From NCBI RefSeq assembly GCF_009914755.1, contig NC_060931.1: a stretch of 64,000 nt of DNA; one strand, 5' to 3'. Of this stretch, positions 11,353 to 23,494 are shown piece by piece. Numbering within the stretch: position 1 is the stretch's first letter; every line of letters starts with the position of its first letter. Under the pieces are notes generated by a model. It did not search any database. It was not told where the DNA came from and was given only the letters and a program-made list of their open reading frames with translations. This DNA comes from the human T2T-CHM13v2.0 reference genome, Homo sapiens. Position numbers and translations under genes: made by a program.

Positions 11353-14055
11353 AATGTGAAATGAGTTTTGAAATGTGATAAACAATAATCAAAAAATATT
11401 TTATTTCTTGTTTTACTCATGGTGATTACTATCTGTGTGCATGAAGTGGTGCTCAAAAAACCAATTAATGTCCAATATTCTTAAAAACACTATACAGAAG
11501 AGACTTGCTGTTTGATTTGAGGCAGAAGCTTTTGTTTTGCAGAAGCTATCTTGTGTGCAGTTCTGCTTCTTATACATTTTGGAAGCCCACAGACTTTATT
11601 CAAAAAAAGTTATAGCTAATTCCTGACATCCTCATGCCAGATTCTCTTGCTACTGTCTTTCTCTTGATACAGTCTGTAGCTGCATTACAGGAAGCTGAAT
11701 TCTAAAACATCCTTTTGGTTCCAAATTTCACCTAGTCCACTAACTGTCATTACTATTATGTGAGAATGCTCAGCTCCAAATTTTGTATGTTTTTAAAAAT
11801 AAAATGTTACTTCTACATTTGATTCAAGTGCCTAACCCATTTATATTTATTGTCATATTTTATATGTTTTCTCTTAACTCTGTTAAGACTTTTATTTGTC
11901 TAATGTTTCCGTATTGTTTCTTATCCTATCTGTTTTTAATTTAAATTGGAATAAACAGAGACTTGATTTCTTCAAATAATGAAGGAAATTCATTAGTTCA
12001 AGATAAAACAATCTGATGCACTGCAAGATGAGAACAAAAATAGAGAGGGACCTTGCAGATGGTTATTCAGGGTTCAAGGCAATTCTCAAATATCAGAACT
12101 TTGTGACTTCACTTTAGGGTTCCAACATCTATATATTTAAGTGAAAAGAAATTTTCACCCTTATCTGTCATGTCTAATTAATGATCTTACCTGCCGGTTT
12201 TCTTTTCTGCTTCTCTTCTCACTACCTATAGGCCTATACTTTCTTTACTCCTGAAATAAGTATTCTGATGGATTCAGCAAATTATTATCATCATGACTTT
12301 TTATGTCAGGCCTTTTTATGAGCAGCTGATTAGTATGTGGATTGACTTCTTTTGTGCCTCATCCTCACCCATAACCCAAAGTGCTATAAGCATTTCAGGC
12401 TCACGTGGCTTCTTTAGGCTGATCTTTCAGAGAAGATTGTAAACAGGACTTTTTTGCTTGGAATGAACTTTTGCATGATTGACATATCCAGCACAACTGT
12501 CTTTGACATGTAGTGTTTAAACCCTTATATCTAAGTATACAATTGCCATGATAATCGAAATAATCCAATTAATAAAAATCAGAAGTGTTAACATTTGTAA
12601 AGTGTGTAAAGCTGTTCTCAGCACAGAGCAAATACTATATAAATGTTTGCTAAATAAATAAAACAAATAATGACTAAACCCAAATGCAGAGTATTTGAAA
12701 ATATTAATGAGATATATAAATACTTATTGATGTTTGTTTTTTTAAAAAGGAGAGAGGAAAACACAAATTTTGGAATATAAAAGTAAACACCTCTAATATA
12801 GAGAAGCTTAAATGAATTATTCATGAATATTACTTGCAAACCCATGGTAATTTGAATGCCACAAGGAATTAGCAATTTCTGTTCAAGTGTAAATTATCAA
12901 TATTGACCTAATAAGAAGTTGAAAATCTGAATGGATCAATTACCACAGTACAAACTGGTGAAAGGCACCAAGATTAGATGGATTTTCAGTTAAGTTCTAC
13001 TTAAATTTAAAAGACAGGTAATTTTAAATTATTGCAATTATTTCAGGCCCAAGCTAGAAAGTCTTAAATGTATTTTATGAAGGCAATATAACTTAAAATT
13101 AGAACCTGATTTAAAAAGAATAAAATAGAAAATGAACCCAATCTCATTACTGATGAAAATATTCAAAATAAAATAAATAGAACTCAACCCGAACATTAAG
13201 GTCAATGGGTTTTCTACCAAGAATGGCAAGAGTGGCTCAAAATCAAGACACTGGAGTTACATAAATATTAAGTAACATGCCTAACATTACTCATCTAGTG
13301 AGAAATGAAAGAATTCGCACCCTTACTTGTCAACTCATGATAATAATGATAATGAAAATGGCACCATTAAAACAGCTTTTATGAAACTGTTCTGTGTTAT
13401 GTTTCATTCCTTAGAAGTTAAAAGATGTACCTTATACTTTTGCCATTAAATATTATAATGTAAGATGAAACAGGAATTATCATGTCACAAATGGAGCTAT
13501 TTTTGAGGTTAAATGTAAAAATTAAACATTTGCTATTGATGTAGAAGAGTAAGTGAGAAACAAAACAAAGAGGCACAGACGTTTTAGATTTTGCCTTCAC
13601 TAAGTCTAGGTAGGATACTCACGATCTACTCTCTGCAAAAGTTATAGAGGAAGAAAATATACAGAAAAAGGTTTCCTGAAAAGTCAAGGGCTGGGCTAAA
13701 GAGAAGCAGAAGTGGCAGTATTATCACTGTGGAAGACGAATGTAGTGGCACTTCTGATTTATTTAGTATTCAGGATTTCAACCTTAATTAGGATTCCTTT
13801 GTCACATCATTCATCAAATATACTTGAAGAAATGGAAATTAACCTCAAAGTTTCTGTCGCCTCAGGCATGCTTTTAATACTTATACTCATTTCAGTGTAT
13901 TGTGAAATACAGTGAGTCGACTTGGAAATATTTTAGTTGGAAAAAGTAACATCCAAATGGAGAAGTCCCACATTATAAGCAATTCTGGCAGGGATATAAA
14001 AAAGCAACCATTTAAATGGTTACTAACTGTAACCATTTGTTGTTGGTGTTTCTTT

Positions 14056-14374
14056 TTTTCTTTCTTTTTTTTTTTGAGACAAAGTCTTGCTCTGTCGCCC
14101 AGGCTGGAGTGCAGAGGTTGCTCACTGCAACCTCTGCCTCTACCTGCCGGGTTCAAGCTATTTCCCTGCCTCAGCCTCCCAAGTAGCTGGGACTCAAAAT
14201 CAAGACACTGGATGCACCACCACTTGCCACTGTGCCCAGCTAATTTGTGTATTTTTAGTGGAGATGGGGTTTCATCATGTTGGCCAGGATGGTCTCAATC
14301 TCCTGACCTCGTGATCCGCCCACCTCAGCCTTCCACAGTGCTGAGATTACAGGCGTGAACCACCGCGCCTGGCC
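14056..14374 (-). mobile_element. AluS element with TSD and internal rearrangements
   Basis: Poly-T tail, both arms, 18 bp TSD tgttgttggtgtttcttt at 14038-14055 and 14375-14392. Confidence 0.97.
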
Positions 14375-14699
14375 TGTTGTTGGTGTTTCTTTCAGCCAGT
14401 GCTGAGAACATTATGGGTTTTATTTTTTTCCCAAAATGTTCTCCAAAATCTACCCTGATGATTCAGTTTGCAAAGATCCTTTTAAAAAAATCACTTTAAA
14501 AAAGATTTTTGCTTATGATATTTCATATTTGTTAGTAATGTTACTGTACTCCTGAGGGAATCTGTATATTTATGATTATAATTTATCAAGTTGAATATAG
14601 AAAATATAGAATTATTAATTCAATAAGTATGTTTAGCATGTGCAGAACTACTCCAGGCACCAAGATATATACCTTTTTCAACTTCATCTTTCTAACAAA

Positions 14700-15015
14700 T
14701 TTCTAGCTATAACTCAAAATCTAAAATCTATGCCATACCTTCTTTGATAACTCTGACGCAGGTACCATGGATTATTTTCTCTACTTTGCGCCTGTAGCCC
14801 TTGGCACACACACATCATATGAATTATCTATATGCATAAATGTTAATACATACATGCAATGTACATCACTTTATAGAATATAAGCATTTAAAAGACAGCG
14901 ACAGTGTTTTATATTTTATATGTATGTATATTTGCATTTGCAAAAATTAGAACTCAGGCAATTAAAATATTAGTCTTTTAATTTCGTAAAATAAATACAT
15001 GAATAAATGAGTAAA
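14700..15015 (+). mobile_element. Degenerate LINE-2 3' fragment
   Basis: tagaatataagcatttaaaagacagcgacagtgttttat and terminal atgaataaatgagtaaa resemble the L2 3' end. Confidence 0.45.
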
Positions 15016-15199
15016 CTTTAAGTCACAGTTTAATCATTATCAGTTATAGTAACACCATAATTGTTTTATTTGGTAATTGCAAGATCAAATTCTTCGCAAA
15101 TTTCTCTAAAGTGATATAGAATGTGACATTTTGTTGTTGGTCTTACCATAGATATTCTTGAATTTGTATCCTACTAGTATAATTAATATAATTGCTATA

Positions 15200-15440
15200 T
15201 TTGGATTAAGCACCAGGCTTAGAAACTACTTTGAGCCCCTGCTTTACAACTCACCAGCTGTAGGGGGATCCTGGCTAAGGTTTTAAACTTCTCTACACGT
15301 GGTTACCTCATCTGAAAAATGTGAATAATAATGTAATGTTTTTTACAGAACTATTTGATAAATTAAATGAGGTATATTAGTAACATGCTTAAAAATGTCA
15401 TAGAGAAAGTCCTCAACAACTGTTAGTTGTTACTGTTATT
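15200..15440 (+). mobile_element. MIR SINE
   Basis: Core-like ttttaaacttctct...cctcatctgaaaaatgtgaataataatg, aaattaaatgagg and 3' ctcaacaactgttagttgttactgttatt. Confidence 0.75.
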
Positions 15441-17243
15441 AATATTGTTTGACATATTTATGAAGACTTAGCTAATTCCACTAGGCAGATCCTTCTTTTT
15501 CCACCTATATTTTAAAATAAGAAACTGGATTCCTAATGCCTGAATTGAACACATTTTTCGTACTATTTTAGGAATATAGACCCTCTTTCCTTAGTGAATT
15601 CCTGTATTTTCCCCAAAATATTAATGTAATCATATGGACAAAGAATTTCATTAACTTTCTTGAAAGAGTTCTATGAGAACATATAGTACTCTTGAAAATA
15701 GAATAAAACCTTCCTATACATGAATATTTGGTAAGAAAATCTTTGTGCGTTTCTTGAACCAAATTTGAGTGTTGGCTTAAGAAACTGAGAATATTCTCAC
15801 TCCTTTGAGAATTTTCTCTGTGTCTTATACTTCAGAGCTGTCAGTCAGTATTTTTGATCATTAGCCATCTGTGATTATTTTAATTTTTGCCAGCAGGAGA
15901 AGGAACTCTTTTCCACCCAGGAGCTCTGTTATTACAATATCATTTATATGTAAAGAGCTCATTTCATCAGTGAGAGACACTTTTACCCATTTTTTTAAGG
16001 TTTGAAAGAAATTCATGGCATCTTCTTTTTCTTCTTTCTCCAACTCTATATCCCTGTTTCTCTGTTACATTTATCCTAGTTTCTTTCTATATAAAAATTC
16101 TGCAGCAACCAGCTGATGCTTTTAATAACAGGATTGAAATTAAGCTGATATCCATATATTTTAAATACAAAATCTCAAATGTATTGTAGCTGCTATTTTA
16201 AAATTTAAAACTCATAGAGAAAAATATAATTTTACATTGCAGTGATGTTTAGTATTGAAGAGGAAGGCTCTATTTGAGGTTTCCATATTAACAGTTTATT
16301 AAAATGGCATAATGACATTTTAGCTATAATTATGTAATAAGGGCAAATTTTAAAAGAGGAAAAAAAAGAATTTGAAAATTAAAAAGGCCTTTCTAAGTGA
16401 CACGGTGATTTAGGACTTAGAGTCATGGAATCACTTTCATACCTCCTCCTACTTCTGCTTCTCATTTCAGTTTGACCTTCAGCAAGTCAAAGGCTCCCCT
16501 CAATCACTTACCCTATAATCTAGGATAATAATGTTAACTGAATATAGTTATTGCAAAGATTAATAAATATTGGTCATAAAATGTAATCCATGTATTAAAA
16601 GTCTCTTCAGGAAAACAAGACTGAATACCTGAATCATTATTGTAGACTGGTTTGATGAAACGAAATTATTCATCAACTACACAAAATTTGAGATCTTGAA
16701 CTTTATGAAGCAAGTTTCAAATCTCAGGATAGATGCTCCTAGAAATTAGTGCTTTTCAAGATCCCATGTCATTTCTTGAAGAATCAGAAAATATATTGTT
16801 GTTTTCTTTCCTGGAGAACAGGTATATTATATTTTCAGCAGAGTTGGCTTCGGAGGAAATTTCTGTTGATGCAAGGACATTCCCATATTTTTTATTTTTC
16901 ATTTACTTTCTCCTCTCCCATTCTCTAACCATAATTCTTTCTCTGTCTGTGCTTTCTTTGAGAAAGAAACCTGGAGTTCTTATTCACATAGCTGAAACAG
17001 AAGAAGCAAGCAATCTCAATGTGGTAGGAGGAAAACTGAGCAACAGCAGAAACAGCAAACAATAGCACAATACTTTCTCTCTCTGGGTACTTAGCTAGTT
17101 TAAAAATAATTCAAAAGTGACATCCTGTGTTTATTTAGACAATTTTTATTGAGACATTTAAAGACGATGCCAAGAATAAATGTAAAAATTTCTTTGTTAT
17201 TTGCTGTTATCTTGGAGTAGGGATTGGGAAGGAGGGTGTGTAA

Positions 17244-17280
17244 ATACACACACGCACACACATACACACACACACACACA
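17244..17280. repeat. Imperfect (CA)n microsatellite
   Basis: Directly visible. Confidence 0.9.
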
Positions 17281-17603
17281 GTGGAGATATGGGGAAAGTT
17301 ACTTCCTGAAATAATGATCAGCTTGGTGAAGGAGCAGCAGCATATTCTGAGAAACAGCAGGAAAAGTAGCCAAGTGCCCACATAACTCTGAGTCAATATA
17401 TCTGATCCCATTGAAAACTAACCCAATATGTGTCCAATTTAACATTTCAACTTTTATATTGGCTCTAATCAACCCAGAGTATCTTCTGCATAGAAGACTA
17501 GAGATGAGTTACGATATCCAAAAATGTCTGCAGAAATGACAGATAATTGTCACATATACCATCATACAACTTACCTCTTAGAGGTGGTTTCTTAATTAAA
17601 AAC

Positions 17604-17770
17604 GAGCATGCATCTGTAGTCCCAGCTACTTGGGAGGCTAAGCGGGGGAGGATTGCTTGAACCCAGGAGATCAAGGCTGCAGTGAGCCAAGATTACACCA
17701 TTGCACTCCAGCCTGGATGACAGAGTGAGACCCTGTTTACAAAACAAACAAACAGACAACAAAAAAAACC
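17604..17770 (+). mobile_element. Alu right monomer (AluJ/FRAM-like)
   Basis: ctgtagtcccagctacttgggagg...ggaggattgcttga...aggctgcagtgagcc...gagaccctgt followed by an (AAAC)-rich tail. Confidence 0.9.
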
Positions 17771-20700
17771 CAAACCAAAAAAATCCAACTCCAAAGCATA
17801 GAGCTTTATGATGTAGACACAGTGTGTGTCTATATGGCAATCGTTTTTTAAATTTTTTTTTTATTTCAATAGCTTTTGGGGTACAAGTGGTTTTCGGTTA
17901 CATGGATGAATTACATAGTAGTGAATTCTCAGATTTTAGTGCACAGGTCACCTGAGTAGTATACACTGTAGCCAATATGCAGTTTTTTTAATCGTACTCC
18001 TTCCTGACCATCTCCCCGTTCCGAGTCTCCAAAGTTCATTGCATCACTCTGTATGCCTTTGGGCACTCAAGGCTTAGTCCCTACATAAAAGTGAGAATAT
18101 ATGGTGTTTGGTTTTTGAGTTAATTCACTTAGAATAATAGTTTCCAGCTTCATCCAAACCACTGCAAAAGACATTATTTCATACCTTTTTATGGCTGAGT
18201 TATATTTCATGGTTATATTTTTATGGCTGAGTTACATTCCATGGTGTATTTATACCACATTATCTTTGTCCACTCATTGGTGGATGGGCACTTAAGTTAG
18301 TTCCCTATCTTTGCAATTATGAATTTGGCTGCAATAAACGTTAAGTGTGCATGTGTCTTTTTCATATAATTACTGGTTTTTTTTTCCTTTAGGTAGATAC
18401 TCAGTGGTGGGATTGCTGGATCAAATAGTAGATCTACTTTTAGTTCCTTAAGGAATCTCCATGCTGTTTTCTATAGAGTTTGTACTAATTTATATTCCCA
18501 TCAGCAGTGTATAAAAGCATTCCTCTTTCATCACATCCACACCAACATGTGTTGTTTTTTTGACTTTTTCATACCGGCCATTCTTGCAGGATTAAGGTGG
18601 TATCTCACTGTGGTTTGAATTTGCATTTCTCTGATGGTTAGTAATGGTGAACATTTTTTCATATGTATTTTGGCCATTTGTATATCTTCTTTTGAGAAAT
18701 ATCTTTTCATGTCATTTGCACAGTTTTTGATGGGATTATTTGTTGTTTTCTTGCTGATACTGTTTGAGTTCCTTGTAGATTCTGGATACTAGTCCTTTGT
18801 CAGATGCAGAGTTTGGAAATATTTTCTCCCATTCTGTGGGTTGTCTGTTTACTCTGATGATTCTTTCTTTTTCCATGCAGAAGCTTTTTAATTTAATCAG
18901 GTCCCATTTGTATATTTTTGTTTTTCTTGCATTTGCTTTTGGGTTTTATCCATGAATTCTTTGCCTAGGCCAATATCCAGAAGAGTTTTTCCAAAATTAT
19001 CTTCTAGAATTTTTATGGTTTTGGGTCTTAGATTTAAGGTTTTGATCTGTCTTGAGTGGATTTTTGTGTAAGGTGAGAGACAGGGATCCAGTTTTATGCT
19101 TCTACATGCAGCTAGCAGTTATACCAGCACCATTTAGTAAATTGGATGTCCTTTCCCCAGTTTATGTTTTTGTATATACTTTGTTAGAGGTCAGTTAGTT
19201 GTAAGTATTTGTCTTTATTTCTGGGTTCTCTGTACTTTTACACTGGTCTGTGTGCCAACTTTTATACCAGCACCATGGTGTTTTGGTAACTATAGTCTTG
19301 TAGTATAACTTGAAATCTGGAAGTGTGATGCCCCCATATTTGTTCTTTTGCTTAGGAATTATTTGGCTATTTGGATTATTTGTTGGTTCCATACAAATTT
19401 TCGGAGTCTTTTTTTTCTAATTCTGTGAAAAATAATATTGCTATTTTCATGGAAATTGCATTGAATCTGTAGATTGCTTTGGGCAATATGATCATTTTTA
19501 TAACACAGTATGGTCAGTTTTACAATAAGCAGTTATTCTGTTTAAGGAGGCTAAAGGTAGGACTCTGATCCATTCTGGATTGTAGGGTTTTTGCTGAGAC
19601 ATCTGCTGTTAGTCTGATAGATTTTCCTTTATAGGTGAATTGATGCTTTTTTTCTCACTGCACTTAGAATAATTTCCTTCATGATGTATTTACATAGTCT
19701 GATGACTATATGCCTTGGTGATGACCTTTTTGCAATGAATTTTTCAGGAGATTTTTTATCTTCTTGTATTTGGATATGTAAGTCTCTAGGAAGGCTAAGG
19801 CCTCCAAACCATGAGCATGGTATGTGTTTCCATTTGTCCGTATCATCTATGATTTCTTTCAGCAGTGTTTTGTAGTTCTCCTTGTAGAGATCTTTCACCT
19901 ACTTGGTTAAGTATGTTTCTAAGTATTTTATTTTTTATTATTTGCAGCTGTTGTAAAAGGGGTTTGAGTTCTTGATTTAATTCTCAGCTTGGTGGTTGTT
20001 GGTGTATAGCAGTGCTACTGATTTGTGTACATTGATTTTGTAACCTGAGACTTTATGGAATTTTTTTTTATCAAATATAGGAGTCTTTTGGAGGTGCCTA
20101 GGGTTTCCTAGGAATACAATCATATCATCAGCAAACAGTGGTAGTTTGACTTCCTCTTTTTTAAAATCTGGATGCCCTTTCTTTCTCTTGCCTCATTGCA
20201 CTGGCTAGGAATTCCAGTACAATGTTGAATAGAAGTGGTGAAAGTAGGCATCCTTGTCTTGTTTTAGTTCTTAGGGGTAATGCTTTCAACTTTTTCCCAT
20301 TCAGTATGATGTTGGTGGTGGTTTTGTCATAGATGGCCCTTATTAATTTGAGGTTTGGCCCCTGTACGCCTATTTTTGTTGAAGGGTTTATCATAAAGTG
20401 ATGCTGGATTTTATTGAATGCTTTTTTGCATCTATTGAGATTATAATATAGTTTTTGTTTTTAATTCTGTTTATGTGATGTACCACATTTATTGACTTGT
20501 GTATGCTAAATCATCCCTGCATCCTTGGGATGAAACCCATTTGATCATGGTGTATTATCTTTTTTGATGTGCTGTTGGATTCAGTTAGCTAATATTTTCT
20601 TGAGGATTTTTGCATCTATGTTCCTTAGAGATATTGGTCTATATTTTTCTTTATTTGTTATGTTCTTTCATGGTTTCGGTATCACAGTGATACTGTCCTC

Positions 20701-21742
20701 ATAGAATGATTCAGGGAGGATTCCCTCTTTCTCAATCTTTTGGAATAGTTTCTGTAGGATTGGGACAATTTCATCTTTGAATATCTTGTAGAATTCAACT
20801 GTGAATCCATTCGGTCCTGGACTGTTTTTTAATTGGCCTTTTTTTTTTATTATTACTGATTCAATCTCGCTGCTTATTATTGGTCTGTTAGGGTTCCTAT
20901 TTCTTCCTGGTTTAATCTAAGAGGGCTATATGTTTCCAGGAATTTATCCATTTCCTCTAGACTTTCTGGTTTGTGTGCACAGAGGTGTTCATAGTAGTCT
21001 CAAACGATCTTTTGTATTTTTGTGGTATCAGTTGTAAATACCTCCAGTTTCATTTCTAATTGAGCTTATTTGAAGCTTCTCTCTTCTCTTCTTGGTTAAT
21101 CTAGCTAATGGTCTATCAATTTTGTTTATCTTTTCAAAGAATCAGCTTTTTGTTTCATTGACGTTTTGTATTTTTTGTTTCAATTTCAATTAATTCTACT
21201 CTGATTCTTGTTATTTCTTTTCTTCTGCTAGCTTTGGGTTAAGTTTGTTCTTGTTTCTCTAGTTTCTTGAGTTATAACATTAAGTTGTCAATTTGTGATC
21301 TTTCAAACTTTTTGATGTAGGCATTTTGTGCTATAATCTTTCCCCTTAGAACTGCTTTTGCTTTATCCCAAAGGTGTTGACAACTTGTGTCACAATTATT
21401 CATTTCAAAGAATTTTTAAAATTTTTCATCTTAATTTCATTGGTAACCCAAAAATCATTTAGGAGCACATTGCTTAATTTCATTTATTTGTATAGTTTTG
21501 GTGGTACCTTTTGGAGTTGATTTCTAGATTTATTCCACTGTGCTCTGAGAAGCTACTTGATATAATTTCAATTTTTTAGAATTAATTGAGACTTGTTTTG
21601 TAGCCTATAATATGGTCTATCTTGGAGAATATACCATGTGCTGATGAGAATAATGTATATTCTTCAGTTCTTGGGTAGAACATTCAGTAAATATTTGTTA
21701 GTTTATTTGCTCAAGAGTGTAGTTTAAGTCCATTGTTTCTTT

Positions 21743-22253
21743 TCTTTATTCTTTTCTTTTCTTTTTTTTTTGAGATGGAGTTTAATTCTTGTTGCCCAGG
21801 CTGGAATGCAATGGCAGGCACAATCTCAGCTCACTGCAACCTCCACCTCCGAGGTTCAAGCAATTCTCCTGCCTCAGCCTTCCGAGTACCTAGGATTACA
21901 GGCGCCCACCACCATGCCTGGCTAATTTTTTTGTTTTGTTTTGTTTTGAAATGGAGTCTCCCTCTGTTGCCCAGGCTGGAGTGCAGTAGTGCAATCACTG
22001 CAACCTCTGCTTCCTGGGTTCAAGTGATTCTCCTGCCTCAGCCTCCTGAGTAGCTGAGACCACAGGTGCACACCACCATGCCTGGCTAGTTTGTTTGTTT
22101 GTTTGTTTGTTTGTTTTTGTATTTTTAGTAGAAATGGGGTTTTACCATATTGGCCAGGCTGGTCTAGAACTCCTGACCTTGTGACCTTGTGATCTGCCCG
22201 CCTCGGCCTCCCAAAGTGCTGGGATTACAGGCATGAGCCACCACGCCTGGCCC
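21743..22253 (-). mobile_element. Three-monomer Alu (two right arms + one left arm) within L1PB
   Basis: Right arm 21772-21925, second right arm 21948-22088, left arm 22120-22252; single TSD aagtccattgtttcttt at 21726-21742 and 22254-22270. Confidence 0.93.
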
Positions 22254-23212
22254 AAGTCCATTGTTTCTTTATTGACTTTCTGTCTTGATGATCTGTCTAG
22301 TGCTATCAGTGAAGTATTGAACTCCCTCACCATTATTGTGTTTTATCTCATTTCTTAGGTCAAGTAGTAACTGCTTTATGAATCTGGTCGCTCTAGTGTT
22401 AGGTGCAGATAAATTTTGGATTGTAATATCTTCTTGTTGGCTTGAATTTTTTTATAATTATGTAATGAGGTTCTTTGTCATTTTTTTTTACTGTTGTTGC
22501 TTTAAAGTCTGTTTTATCTGATACAAGAATAGCTACTCCTGCTTGTTTTTATTTCCATTTTTGTGGAATACCTTTTCCCACCTTTTTACTTTGATTTTAT
22601 ATAAAATATTATGTGTTAGGAGGGTCTCTTGAAGACAGCAGATATTTGATTTGTGACTTTTTATTCATTTTGCCAATCTTTATCATTAAATGGAGCATTT
22701 AGCCCACTTGGGTTCAATGTTAGTATTGAGATGTGACATACAGTTCCATTCATCATGTTAATTGTTCCCTATATACTTTGTTTTCTGTTGTTGTATTATT
22801 GTTTTATAGGCCCTCTGAGTTTTATATTTTCTAGAAGTTCTATTTTGGTGCTTTTCCAACCTTGATTTCAGGATTTAGAACTTTTAGCATTTCTTGTAGG
22901 GTTGGTCTGGTAGTAACCAATTTCCTCAGCAATTGTTTGTCTGAAAATGACTATTTCTTCTTCATTTATGAAACAGTTTTTCTGTATACAACATGCATTG
23001 CTGGCAGTTATTCTGTTTAAGGAGGCTAGAGATAGGACCCTAATCCCTTCTGGCTTGTAAGGTTTCTGCTGAGAAGCCTGTTGTTAGTCTGATAGATTTT
23101 CCTTTAGAGGTGAATTGATGATTTTTTTTTCACTGCTCTTAAATTTTTTTTTTCATGTTGAATTTAGATAATCTGATGACTATAAGCCTTGGTGATGGCC
23201 CTTTTGCAATGA

Positions 23213-23494
<282 letters not shown>

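Noticed and set aside
13912-14358. Longest ORF (148 aa)
   Set aside because: The C-terminal two-thirds is antisense Alu translation ([12 protein letters not shown]...); non-ATG start; no domain
16733-17065. 110 aa ORF in unique sequence
   Set aside because: No recognisable homology, low-complexity hydrophobic composition typical of AT-rich DNA, and no convincing splice or promoter context
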